From contig NC_068988.1 of assembly GCF_001194135.2 (NCBI RefSeq), positions 51,050,989-51,114,988 of the forward strand: 64,000 nt of DNA, in the 5' to 3' direction. Source of the stretch: Octopus bimaculoides. Taxonomy: Eukaryota. This document shows positions 12,496-26,900 of this stretch, one piece after another; position 1 is the first letter of the stretch; each line of letters opens with the position of its first letter. Made by a program: the position numbers and the translations under genes. The notes under the pieces are model-generated. The model was not told where the DNA came from, made no database searches, and saw only the letters and a program-made list of their open reading frames with translations.

Positions 12496-12558
<63 letters not shown>

Positions 12559-12656
12559 CAGGCTGCTGCACAGTTTTCGTTCTCAAGATTCACTCACAAG
12601 GTAATTGGTCAGTCTGGAGCCATTGCAGAAGACACCGAAGATACCAAATACATATA

Positions 12657-13131
12657 TAGGGTGTCCCAGAATTAACTATTTCAATGAAATCAGACATTTT
12701 TTGAAAAGCTCACTTTAATTCATGTTTACTACTTGTTAAAAGTGTATAAATTTTTTATTTTCTTTATAATTTTATTTCTACTTCTGTTGGATCCCGCTCA
12801 TCTGTCCCAGACAATTTTTTTTTTACAATTTGGCTGCAATCATTCTCTCTACCTCCACCCCACCAGAATGGAGCTATAGTTTAGCTGAACTTACAGAGTG
12901 CATTCAGTTAGCAGTGTAGAAATACTTCAAAGTCTGTTTTGCAACTTTTAAGGATAGATTTAAAAGTTGGTGGGTGCACATGTTGAAAATTTTCGATACA
13001 GTTTTGACGTAAGATTTATAAATCTGTTTGTTTTTGGTATCATAATTAAGTTATAAACTTAAAATTCTGTTAGTTTTTTTTTATATTTGCCCAATTTCAT
13101 TGAAAAAGATAGTTAATTCTGGAACACCCTG
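12657..13131. mobile_element. Non-autonomous Tc1/mariner-type MITE
   Basis: TIRs TAGGGTGTCCCAGAATTAACTAT and ATAGTTAATTCTGGAACACCCTG, flanked by TA, with no ORF. Confidence 0.85.
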
Positions 13132-13282
13132 TATATCTTCTATATATCTATGGTTATGTACCTATCAATCTGTATGTGTTCAAAGTCTGTTTTTGTATGT
13201 GGAAGTATGTTTTATTTCATACACTTTCTGACCTGTGTTTTGATTTTAGGTAAGCCATGAATGTCAAATTCCTATTTTCTTT

Positions 13283-13610
13283 ATCATCATCATCATCATC
13301 ATCATTTAACGTCCGCTTTCCATGCTAGCATGGGTTGGACGATTTGACTGAGGACTGGTGAAACCAGATGGCTACACCAGGCTCCAATCTGATTTGGCAG
13401 AGTCTCTACAGCTGGATGCCCTTCCTAACGCCAACCACTCCGAGAGTGTAGTGGGTGCTTTTATGTGCCACCGGCACGAAGGCCAGTCAGGCGGTACTGG
13501 CAACGGCCACGCTCGAAATGGTGTCTTTTACGTGCCAGGGCACAGGTGCCATCACGATTTCGCTTTCGCTTGCCTCAACAGGTCTTTGCAAGCCGAGTAT
13601 CGTGTCCATA
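13283..13610 (-). mobile_element. Solo RTE 3' UTR copy
   Basis: (CAT)n-TTTAACGTCCGCTTTCCATGCTAGCATGGGTTGGACG..., matching the 3' end of 6713-7625. Similar copies lie at about 20965-21250(+), 21916-22106(-), 57480-57655(+) and 61871-62050(-). Confidence 0.85.
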
Positions 13611-14891
13611 TGAGGTAGGGAACTGGAGGATCCCTTTTATTATATTTGTCTTTTGAGAGAATTCACTGAATGTTTCATCTTTGAAGTGGTCCATATAATT
13701 GTGTCCCAGTACCAGTAATATACTGTGGTTATGTCGACTGTTGACATAAAACTTTTGCAAAAGAAGCTAATGGCCGAGCCCCCAGGATTTGTGGCTCAAC
13801 CTACTATCAATAGCAGCTAGATCCTCCTTGTATCACACTTTGTTTTAAAACACAGAAAAGACATTGTGTGACTTACTCTTGGTACACTGAGAAATTGAGA
13901 AGCTTACAGCATTAAATACCTTTGATCATAGGCCTGCTCATTCCAGATTGACCTGGGGTTAAACAATAACAACTTTCGAAAATAATAATTATAATTGTTT
14001 CAAATTTTGGCAGTTTTAGGTGCAGAGTGTTCGTCGATTATATCAACCTCAGGACTTGACTGGTGCTATATTCTTATCTACCTCAAAAAGATGAAGCAAA
14101 GTTAACATAATAATAATAATTCTTTCTACTATAGGCACAGGGTGTAAAATTTGGGGAGAGGGGACTAGTCGATTACACTGCAGCCAGTGCATAACTGGTA
14201 CTTACTTTATCGACCCTGAAAATGTGAAAGGCAAAGTCAATCTCGGTGGAATTGGAACTAAGAATGCAAACACTGATGAAATGCTGGTAAGCATTTTGCC
14301 TGGTGTGCTAATAATTCTGCCAGTTTGCCGCTTTAATAATAATAATAATAATGATCATCCTTTCTACTAAAATTTGGGGGGATGGGACTAGTAGATAACA
14401 TTGAACCCAATACATAGCTGGTACTTAATTTATTGACCCTGAAAGGATGAAGGGCAAAGTCAACCCCGGCAGTAATTTGAACTCAGAAAATGAAGATAGA
14501 CAAAAACTGCTAAGCATTTCACCTGACATGCTAACAAATTCTGCCTTTGTTTCATAGAAGAGAATTGAGGTTGTGTGATGTTTATACCCATTGTCAAGTG
14601 CATTAGCAACAGATGTAGAGTAGCTGCTTTTGATGCAGTTGTCACACAATTTCTTTAATGTTGTGATTGAGTACTAAGCTACAGCATAAACAGTATAAGT
14701 TGTATATATATATATATATATATNNNNNNNNNNNNNNNNNNNNNNNNNNNNNNNNNNNNNNNNNNNNNNNNNNNNNNNNNNNNNNNNNNNNNNNNNNNNN
14801 NNNNNNNNNNNNNNNNNNNNNNNNNNNNNNNNNNNNNNNNNNNNNNNNNNNNNNNNNNNNNNNNNNNNNNNNNNNNNNNNNNNNNNNNNNN

Positions 14892-14922
<31 letters not shown>

Positions 14923-16628
14923 GAAAATCTTGTTCAATGACAGATAAGAAAAAATAAACGTCTGATAGTCAACTTTTATTACATTAACTCTCAAGCATGT
15001 ATGTACAAGAGCAGATGGTGATTGGTATTTGTGGTTGTGTGTCATGTCATTAGACTGTGGCCATTCTGGGACACAGCCCTTGAAAGATTTAGTCAAACAA
15101 ATCAACTCTACTCTTCACTACTTATTATTTCTATGGGTCTCTTTTGCCAAACTACTAAGTTACTTGAAAGTAAACAAACCAATGGCATATGTTCAGCAGT
15201 GGTGAGGGTCAGATGCACTCAAATGCCATGTATACAGACATGTGTATCTTCGTTGTCATCATTTAACATCTGTTTTTACATGCTGGCAGGGGTAACGCTT
15301 GCATGCACACACACACACACACACACAATGTGCTTCTGCATAGTTTTTGTCTACCAAATTCACTCACATGGCATTGGTTGGCCCAAGGCTATAGTAGAAG
15401 ACAATTACCTAAGGTGCTATACAGTAGGACTGAACCTGTTGTTGCAAAATGAGAACCATACTTGTGCCCATCATTGTCGTCGTCATCATTTAGTGTCCAT
15501 TTTCCATGCTGGCATGGGTTAGATAGTTTGACTGGAACTGGTAAGCTGGAGGGCTGTACCAGGCCCCAGTTTGATTTTGGTTTGGTTTCTACAGCTGGAT
15601 GCCTTTCCTAATGCCAAGCACCCCAAGAGTGTGGCGGGTGCCTTTTACATTTCACCAACATGGGCTTTTGTATAAATTTAAAAAAAATGTAATTATGCAA
15701 AAGTTGCTCTTGGAATACCAACTATTCTGCTGCTCTCGCCTGAGTGATGGACATTTGTATCTTTGTGTGTTGATAGTAGTGGTCATCCTAGTTTTCTTGA
15801 CAGTGGGTAGAAATTGAGTGTTGTTGTTTTGCCTTGATCAAGCAGACTCATGATCAAAGGTGTTCCAGAAGAGACCATTTCATCTTCTTTTTAGGCTAAA
15901 TTGGCACTGCATCATCCAATGTGCCTTTCCTTTTGTAGGATGCTGGAGCACTTGACTTGAGAAGATTTAGCTGCCATTACAAGCAGGTCAAACAACCATA
16001 TACTCTCATTGGCTTGATGTTAGTTTATTCTTGTTGTTGTTATTTAGGCCCCAACTCAACTCTGATCAAAGGGATTTCATTCATCCATGGCCATTGTGTT
16101 TTTAATTCATATGGTACCATATTAACCATGTACCCTTCTTTTCTAACAGGGAAATTCGGCTGCTACTTCTAGCAGGTAACATACCAGTTTAAAGACTCCC
16201 TTATTGTCTCCTAGTTGGTGTTATATATTGTTATATATAATGTAGTTGTGAGTGGGTTGAATCTTGTAACATGTTAGCTAAACTCCAATTCTGTTTGGTA
16301 CACCACTCCTTTTCAAATAGTTATTTTATATATTCGTCTTTAGAAAAGTATTAATCGCCAACTGACATATCATTCTTCCTCAGTGCACATTCTTAATATC
16401 TTATTCTAGCTAAAAATTGCTACTGTTGGTTTTTTTTTTATTTTGCCTTATTTCGTTGTATTGGGTAACGGGTAACACCCTCAAACATTCCTATATGTAT
16501 GTTTGTGTGTATATATATATATATGTGTGTATATACGTGTGTGTGTGTATATATATATGTGTGTATATGTGTGTTTATACATGTGTATATGTATATATGT
16601 GTGTATATGTATATGTGTTTATATATAC

Positions 16629-16670
<42 letters not shown>

Positions 16671-16672
16671 AT

Positions 16673-16716
<44 letters not shown>

Positions 16717-16754
16717 ATATACATACATATATATATATATATGTGTGTGTGTAT

Positions 16755-16801
<47 letters not shown>

Positions 16802-19800
16802 TACACACACACTGTGATGGCAGGTTGTAGGTGAAGGTATGGTCATGTGATTGAGAAGTTTGCTTCCTAACCACATGGTTTCGGGTTCAATCCTACTGTG
16901 TAGCGCTTTAGGCAAATGTCTTCTTTTACAGCTCTCGGCATTGTGGGTGGATTTGGTGGACGGAAGCTGAAAGAAACCCGTCATGTGTGTGTGCTCTTCT
17001 TGTCTGGATATTGCATAATAATTGTAGATGAATGTCACTGTCATACAAACAGTGTCATTTTTTACCAGTATGCTCCAAACACGTCAGGCCAAGAAGAAAT
17101 ATTACCTTACATGGAAACAGGTGAGGGTCGATGACAGGAATGGCATCTGGCAATTGAAAATCAGCTTTAATGAATTCCATCCATGCAAACATGGAAAACT
17201 GAATGTTAAAATGATAAGTTATCTTATCTGCAATGCTTACCTTTCTTGTCTATATCCAAACTAAATACTTAGCACAAATTATCCCTGGTCTATCTTTCTC
17301 TTGCTAACATGAATAGTTTAGCAACATTTTTGTACCCAACATGAAGTCAGCTTTATGCATTTTTATGTCCACTCTAATGCAGCAGTCTATTGCATCCACT
17401 GACCAGTGCAGCTCATATTATTACCTATTACTTAACTCTCACTCACTCTAGTATAATGAAGATGTTTGATTTGTATGTATTACTACTGTTGAAACATTCC
17501 TGATTGGGATAGGCTATGAATTGCTTATCAACAGTCACCAGGCATAAGTGTGGTTGTGCTATATCTTCCACTTCTTGCCCCTTATAGCATTCTAATGACA
17601 GCTGTTTATCTCTAGCTAATTTACTGTCATTCTACTCAAAGCTGCTCATCATAATGAAGGCCATAAATTTTGGGGGGGATCAAGTATTTGAGCTAAATCA
17701 ACACTGATGCTTATTTTACTGCACCTACCCCAACTCTAAAAAGAAAAAGGAATAAATGATGAAAGACAAAGTCAACTTTGGAAGAATTTAAGCTCAGAAT
17801 ATAAAATGATACGCAATTCCTATGATTCTGCGGAGGTAGAACACTCATACAGTCATGAAACACTGACCATTGTAATACATATTCCCATACAATTTCACCA
17901 AATATAAAGTCGACATATACACACAAGAAAGAAAAAGCCTGTATTATTAATGGTTACCTTAACATTCACACTATGTTGCGTTGTCAACACCCTGACACAT
18001 TCTGTTAACCACAGATGAAAATTCTGACACACTCTTCTATCTACTCCATCTTAAAGCAAGAGTGGAGCTTTTAGACTATTGTTCAACTTGACAAAAGCTT
18101 TGTGAGTGGATTTAGTTGATGGAAACTGAAAGAAAGCTGTTGTGTGTGTGAGAGAGAGAGAGTTCATGTTTCTTTGTTTTGACAGTACATGATTGTTGTA
18201 AATGTGTGTTACCATTACGCAGTATTGTCCTCTGTTTACAATTTTCCGTGAGAACATGTCTGGCTATGGGCATGATCTTTACTGTTTAAAACCAACAAAC
18301 AGAACGTGTATGATATACATTTAGTTAATTTTTGAAGCATGAAGCAGCAGATTTTTCATAATGGAAATATACTATTGTACAATTCTTTTGTAACTATCAC
18401 ATTCAATATGTAATTGAATGCAGTGGACATTATAAACAGATGGTGTCTTTTGTTTTGGGGGCGCTTTTTTTTTAAACTTCTTCAATTGGATGCTCTTTAG
18501 AGGCATTGCACTTATCTTCATCTATCCCTAGAGAAATATAGATTTATAGCTTTTTATATAGCCACTTCAAATAAAGACTTCAATAAATTGGTAATTCTTT
18601 TTGAATGAATAGTGCTTTGCCAGCAGCTAGGTCAATTAATTATTGATCTGCTCAGAAGCAAATTTTTTGTACAATAGAAATATACTTTAAGGTATACTCT
18701 ATCACTCAATACAAGGTTTTTAGCCATCACTGTGGTATGTAAACAAATACACTGGACAAATGTATATAGATATGAATATTTCAAATTTCTTTATCATCAT
18801 CGTTTTAACATCCACTTTTCTATGCTTGCATAGGTTGGATGAAGCTTATTAAGGTAGATTTTTTTAAGGTTATTTTAGGTTATTTTTCCATGAACAGAAA
18901 ATTGTAGCTACTGATTTATTGAAATCTTTATTGTTTTGAAGGTGAGTGGCAAAGTGGTTAGAATGTTGCACTTGTGATTGCCAGATTGATTCCTTGACTG
19001 GGCAGCATGTTGTGATCTTGTGCAAAACATTTCATTTCACATTGCTCTAGTACTGTAAGGACCATCATGCCAAAGAATAGACCCAATGTTTCAGCTGTGT
19101 GTCATAAAAGGCAACTAAAAGAGGCTAAGGTAGGATTTGCACTCTGACCTTGTAAAACCCCTCATCAGCAACAACTATCCAAACAGACCCGTACGTTGGA
19201 GGGTTGTCGTCTGGGTGGTGCCAAGGTGTCATCCACCAGGAGTAGAGAATCATCAATAAATGGTGGATATAACAACATACCGTTACACCACATGATCTCA
19301 TACTATTACTACTACTACTACTTACTGTTGTGGCTATATAAACAACTATATTTCTGAATGGATGAACAAAGATGAGTGTTCTCTGAAGTGAATTCCAACT
19401 AAGATTAAAGCTGGTCAAGTGAACCTCTTATTTTATATTCACAGAGAAATTAGTAAAAATAAAAGCATTTGTCCAGTGTCTTTTTTCTAATTTCTCTATC
19501 ACAACAGTAGCTAGTGGCTAAAAGAATCTGGGCCTTTTGGAGTGATGATAGGAATATTAGTTTCAGGGTTTTCTCTGCCAAGGGGAGTATACTTTGTCTT
19601 CAGTTTATGCCCATTCCCCCAAAAGATAACTCCAGTACCATCATTGATAAACAGTTACAAAATGCTTATTCAAGACAATGTTTTTCATCCCAACGCTGTT
19701 TGCTACAGCCCAGCTGTGACCAGTTTGTTTTTAGATAGTATAGTATCTAAGACCACATTATCGCAATACACAGTTTTTTATTTATTTTTTTTTTTAAAGA

Positions 19801-21251
19801 CATAACTGAGCCAGTTCTTATTTGGAGTTAGTGCCATAAGATCAATTGGAGGAACAGGTCTTGCTCATACATTCCATTTGGCATGATATCTATGATTTTT
19901 GGTGTAGCCATCTGGATCACCAGTCTTCAGTCAACTCGTCCAAACCATGCCAGCATGGAAAGCGGACGTTAAACGATGATGATGATGTATACTTCCTAAT
20001 GTCAGCTACTTTAGAGGGGTTTTTTGGGGGTTTTTTTTTTGCATTTTACTATAGCAGCAGCACTAGAGAGGGTGTCACATCTTTAGCAAGATGAAAGAAT
20101 CTTCTGAATTCTACAAGTTTCTTGTTTCTTGCTAGCCATTTCACATAGTGTATTGGGTAAATTTTATTGCGAACTAAAGTATCTTCTCCAGTTGTCTTCA
20201 TCTACTCAGGGTATGAAGGTAAAAGAGAGGCTGTAAGTATGATAAGAGAAACTGTGTGAGAAGGTGGTAGGGTAAGATGAAGTGAAAGATACAGTGACAG
20301 GCAGTTATACACTGGTTGCTGGTAAGGAGACTGATTAGGAAAGCAACATAAGCTATGTGATGGGGGTGTAGAGGAATGGAAATGTAGAGTGATGTCAACA
20401 AAGATTGATAGCAGAAGGTGTAATTTGGAGGGGGAGAGAGAAACATTGAAGAATAGCAATATAAGATGGATGATGATCTGAGAGAGTAATGTAAGGCAAA
20501 GAGGGACACAGAAAAGATAGAATGGTGGTTTACAGTAAGAGAGGCGATGTTTGGGAATATTGCATACAAATTGATCCGATGCCATTGTTCGTTGCACTGG
20601 CATTGTGATGGAAAAGTGGTAGCGTGATAAAAGGTGATGGTTGTTGGGAGGATTGAATATGGATGGATCATGTGTTGTTCCTTGTAACACAAATAGTTTG
20701 ATGCTGTGTATAGAAGAGAAAGTAAGCAATAGACAAGAGAATAGCAAGGAGATGAATGTAGTGGATGAAAACTTAATTGGAATAATGTGAGACACACACT
20801 AAAGTACATATATATTCTAACCTCAGTCACCACCACAATTAGGCAGCTATTTTGTTATGTTTCATTTAAGTAGGTCATCTCCAACACCGCTTGTTGCCAC
20901 TAGTGGATTAGTTTCTTTCTTTCTTGTCATTTCGTTCATGAGGTTGACTTCTTCAGTTTTTGAAATTTATCTTCACCGTGCCCCTGGACTGGCTCTTGTG
21001 CGGGTGGCACATAACATACACCATTTTGAGCGTGGCCGTTGCCAGTACCGCCTGACTGGCCTTCGTGCCAGTGGCACGTAAAAAGCACCCACTACACTCT
21101 CGGAGTGGTTGGCGTTAGGAAGGGCATCCAGCTGTAGAAACTCTGCCAAATCAGATTGGAGCCTGGTGTAGCCATCTGGTTTCACCAGTCCTCAGTCAAA
21201 TCGTCCAACCCATGCCAGCATAGAAAGTGGACATTAAACGACGATGATGAC

Positions 21252-21620
21252 TTCATCCCAATCTTTTCTAGATCTTCCTCTTCCACAAGTGTCATCCACT
21301 TCAAACCTTTGGTATTTCTTTATACACATCATATGCCTGTATCATTGCAGTCTAGCTTTTCTCTCACATCATTTGTGCTCTGTCATCCATACAATAGCAT
21401 CACACATTCAGCAGAGCCTGCTTCATTTCTTTGTAGCCTTTGCACATCATCCACTTTCATATCTTTCAGCATTGGACTTCTTACACAGGTATCATACAAC
21501 TGACCTTCACTCTGTGAACGAAATTCTTCATCGCTGGCAGAGTTAATAACTTTGTGAACTTTTTGTACTTTTAGAACTAGCACCTCCCTTGTTAAGAGAT
21601 CAGTTAATTGGGTAGCAAAA
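21252..21620 (-). mobile_element. RTE LINE C-terminal fragment
   Basis: LYDTCVRSPML...QRLQRNEAG, homologous to 41110-41735. Confidence 0.75.
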
Positions 21621-21913
21621 CCTATCAACTATCACAGGTGGGGATGTGGGCTTCCTGACATTTGAAGGAATTTATTTCGTGTACACTCTTACTGCTGACT
21701 ATATCCGTTCATCTTTCATATATGAAATGTAACTTCTCTGCCAACCTGCCTGTAAGCTCAGACCATTTCTTCTCAGTTATGCCTTAACCCTTGACCTCTT
21801 TGTTTCATAACTAGAAGCTGAAGACCCTGTGTCTGATCTATAAAATGTGTAACTATCATTTATTACATAATTTGTAGGTATTTCTTAATGTTTCATGATA
21901 CCAATTCTAGCGG

Positions 21914-21946
<33 letters not shown>

Positions 21947-23853
21947 GTTTAACGTCCACTTTCCATGCTAGCATGGGTTGGACGATTTGACTGAGGACTG
22001 GTGAAACCGGATGGCAACACCAGGCTCCAATCTGATTTGGCAGAGTTTCTACAGCTGGATGCCCTTCCTAACGCCAACCACTCAGAGAGTGTAGTGGGTG
22101 CTTTTAGGCTGATAAAAAAAGCAGATGGAGGGAGTATGGCATAAGGTATTTGTTGAAGATGATGTTGTTTAACCCCAGGTTATTCTTGTTTAGTAAAATC
22201 AATCTAAATGCCCTGGACTTGATTATCTTGAGTCTTAGGACTCATAGGGCCAGTTATCCAGTTTCCATGGTGTGTAAGTCACTAAGATCACTATATCCCT
22301 CTGGATAGATGCCAGTCCATCACAGAACTACTATAGATGAGTATATTGGAGCAACGTGAAATAAAGTGCTTTGCTTAAGAACACAATGCACTGCTTAGTC
22401 CATAAATCAAGACCACAGTCTTTGATTGTAAATGCTACACCTTAAACATTAAGCCATGCACTTTTACATTCCTGGTATATAGATCAATAAATTGTCAAAA
22501 ACATACTAACAAGGCCATATTGTCGTTTTTTTTTTTTTTTGCAAATGTAGTCCTAATTATTCAGTATCCTTCCATTTTAAAGACTATAGTATATAATTTG
22601 AGTGAAATTTGGATTTTGTTTCTAGATTGTGTGATAATGCAGAAGTGTTATTGTTGGTTCAGTATTGTTGTTGTTATTGGTCTAGCAAAATGTTGGCAAT
22701 ACTTAAGTGGTATATTGGAGAGCTAGGCATTTCAGAATGAATCATGAAACCCACACTGCTACTACAAAACTTGTTGTACAGAATAGTTTGGTACTTACAG
22801 GTAAGAAGAAATATGTAGCTAGATCTCTTAATGACGATGGTGAGAGCAAAAAAGCCCCTTTAAATTAAAATGTTACAATTTCAAAGCCAGTGTGTGATGT
22901 GTAATAATACATACACACTTAAAAACCAGCTTCATAATTGAACCCTTGTAGTCTTGACTCATACAGCTGCTAAATTTCTTTTCCTTTCTACATACAGCTC
23001 AGTAAATTTTTCTCATTCTCTCACTCTCCCTCTCTCCTCTCTCTCTGTAGAATCTCATAATTGTATGTTGGTTCTTTTCCCCTTGTAGGAATGAATGGAA
23101 AAATCAAACACACTACACTTAAATAGTAATAACAGCTTGCAAAACTGATTTTTATCACCACTTCATTCTTCAGTCTTTCTTCACATAGTAACAGGCCATT
23201 GCAGGGACTAAAGAAATGTTTGCAGAATGCACGTGTACACACACACACACAGTGTGTGTGTGTGTGTGTGTTTTATCAGTTTGACTTCATTTGGAATTAT
23301 TGGTCTCTATATTCTAGAGCTATTTGTTTAGGAGAGGAGTATTATTCAATACTAGTAACGTATTGATCTCAAGTTCACTCCATTATTGGTTCTTTGGGTT
23401 ACATCTTACGGAAAAAGGTTCCTGTTAACATTAGAATAAAAATAAATACTATACAAAAGGGCATTTTTATTAGGTAAAATGAAGTAGGCCAATGGCATGA
23501 ATTTAGGTAAGTTAACTAATAATGCTAGGTTTTATTCTCCTTCTCCAAGAGGGAGCTTCCGATTAATTCAGAATCTTTTGCATAACCTCATTCAGTACAT
23601 CATCACTTAAATTATTTATTTTATGACTAGAGAGGAGATTATATATTCTAAATATGAACAGGAGTGTGTATGGGATGGGGGAAGGTGAGCAGTAGAATTG
23701 TTTATGTGCATGTAGTATGAAACTGATAAATGTAGTTAGGCTAGTTTAAATACAATCTCTGTTGGCAGCTAAGCTTAACTTGTGCTTTTATTGAATATCA
23801 GTCAATGGTTGATTCAGGTTTGAAACTAGATTACACTTGGTTTCTCTCTTTCC

Positions 23854-23965
<112 letters not shown>

Positions 23966-26900
23966 TCACACACCTATTCATTTAGCCTACTCTCAATATA
24001 TATACGTATGTATGTATATACATATGTATATAATATGTTTGTATATATGCATGTATGTATGTATATAATATGTATGTACATATATATAATGTAAATTGTC
24101 TATATGTATATCCACCTTGTAATCAGAAACTATCAAAAGAGCACCCAGAAAACCAGATCTATATGGTTTTGTGGGTGTTCTTTTGAAAGGAAGATTGCTT
24201 GCACATTATTTTGAGAAATATCGATGAAATTTTCCTCAAACCACACTGTAATGTGTGCCAAGAAGGTTGTAGAAAGAAGGGAAGTTGAAATAGAGTAGTG
24301 GTGTCAATCTTTCTCTATCTCCTTGTAGAATAGAAAGAGATAGAGAACAAAAGACACACATGAGGACAGTTACATAGCCAGAGAAGGAGGGAAGTGATGG
24401 TGATTATAGCAACAGCACATTTTTATGATATCAAACTTTTTTTACTTCTTCAGTCTTCCTTTAACCTTTCTTTCTTGTCTCAGGGTAATAGGGAAATAGA
24501 GAAAGACAACAGATAAAAGAAACACTCGTGAAAGGAGATACATAAAGGAGAATGATGGTGGTAGTGTTTTGAAAACTGGATCAAAACAGGCAGTGATTAT
24601 ATAATTTAGAGGAACTCTAAGGACCACTTATTCATCTATCCATTTACATCTATTGAAATATGAATAGGTATTGTTAACTGAAACAGAATAACAAACACAT
24701 ACAATTCATTTTCTAATCAAAGTATTGTATGGAATTTCACCCTAAAAACTTCTCTCCATTACACTCCAGTATTTAATCTGTTGTCAATTTTCATTACTGC
24801 TTTGCCTGAATTCTGGCCATTTCATAAAAGAATGGTTTGTTTTTTATCAATTTATTAGTGAACTGTTAATAAAGATTCCACAGATATGTGTGAAAGAGTT
24901 GACAGTAATACATAGAAGTGATTGAGGATATTTGTTTCCATTTAGCTACACAGGGTATGTATGTATGTGTATGTATATATGTATGTATATGTATATATGT
25001 ATGTATATGTATATATGTATGTATATGTATATATGTATGTATATATATATATATATATATATAATGTGTGATTGTGTGTACCCTTGTTTTGACACCATGT
25101 GATGATTGCAAACAAGTGTCTTTATCTTATAAGTGATGTTGTTTGTTTCACATCTGATTTCTAAGTCAGGCTTGAAAACCATGTTATTCAAAAAATGAAC
25201 AATAATATCATTGATATCTCAAAGCTACAAGATAATGCAAGATTAATTCAAAACAATGTGAATAAATAAGCAAAGTTATTTGCATGCTAAAAGGTTAACA
25301 TAAACAAACTGAAACAAATATGTAAAAAATTGCAGATGCAGCACAAATTTATATGTTGTTTTAATCGTGAGTGAGACTCGTGATCAAAGGGGTTCAAATC
25401 TTAACTGCTGCAGTTTGGTTTTTAGGCATAATTATTTAGGAATATATTATGCAATGGTAGCCCTAACTCAGTCCTGATTAATAAAACCTGTAATCAAAGG
25501 TAATTCAGCTGTGGCCATCCCATCTTTTTTCGGACATTATATCCCCTGTACTACATTATCTGCTGTTTCCTTTTTAAGATGGTATCTTCATCTTTTTCTT
25601 GTTTCAGTCATAGGACAGCAGCCATGCTGGAGCATCGTCTTGAAGGGTTTAATTGTACAAATCAACCTCAGTACTATTTTTTAAAGTCTGGTACTTAGTC
25701 TGTTGGTATTTTTTGCTGAACCACTAAGTCACAGGGAAGTAGTAAACAAACCAACACCAGTTGCAAAGGAGTTGTGGGACACACATAAACACGAAAACTC
25801 TCACTCATACATACAAATACACACATACACACACGATGTGCTTCTGCACAGTTTCCATCTACCAAATTCACTCACGTGGCAGTGGTTGGCCTGGGGCTGT
25901 AGTAGAAGACACTTGCACAAAGTACTACACAGTAGTAGCATGTAATTTGAGAGAAATTTGGGTGCCATCTACAATATGCCATACTGCAACATAGAGGACC
26001 TCTCATTAGTCCAAAGATGTTGACATTTGAGATGAAGTAAGCAACAATGCTGGTTGTGTGAGACACTAATGGGTGACTGAATAATGAAATAGAGATTATG
26101 ATTTAGATTATTTTCCCATTGTCGCAAAGCTTTTAATCTCCATTAATTTATTATTGTGTAAGTTAAAAAATATGAACATGTATGTATGTGTCTCTCAATT
26201 GTATCGTTTAATTATATATCTTTATCTGTTGTCTCTGAAGTGGCACTGTTGTGTCTGCAGTCGTTTTACCTGGCTCATCTCGTTCAGTGCATTATTTCAG
26301 AAGCACAAAAACTACCATTTAATAACTCTGTGTGCATCATTTATGGTTTCTAATCTCCACCACTGCTGAACTGTTTTCTGTCTTTTATTTATTTGTCATG
26401 CCTAGAGAATGCCTGCTATTGTTAGTAAAATCCATTTTCAACTTAATGACTCCCTGCTACTTTCTCGCTTTTATCTCACTAGTCTCTTTCCCTTCCATGC
26501 TGATATTTCCAAAGTCTTTCTTTTCATTGATCCAGTATGGCTTTTTTTTACTCCTTTCCTTTTTGGAATTTCTATTAAGAATTTAAATTTTAGTTAATCT
26601 AATGGCTTCAGTTTGTTTTAAAATAAAGATTCTCATTTCCATCATAATCTTTTTTTTTTCTGAAAAGACTACTTCTGATTCACCTACCTGTAGGCTAGGG
26701 TTGAACTGGTGCACTCCTTGTTGGCTTGCAAGAACTAGAAAGTCTCTGCAGTTATTCTAACTTGGACTACATAGAACATTATTCTTGTTAACTATAAATT
26801 CTTTACAAAATTCATAAAATTTTGTTTACACATGTGTTATTACCATTTAAGTTTAAGGTGCTGGATCGTATCCATTATTGTTACTAGTTGTAATAGTGAT

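Noticed and set aside
12483-12555. (CG)n joined to (CA)n, a potential Z-DNA tract (also near 11651)
   Set aside because: This is a common compound microsatellite, with nothing here to suggest function.
21815-21855. CTGAAGA...TAAAATGTGTA, a possible CpG-decayed hammerhead
   Set aside because: There is no convincing stem I or stem II, and the GAAA core would need two reversions. Similar isolated CTGANGA hits at about 11565, 34086, 47755 and 53388 also lack the rest of the fold.
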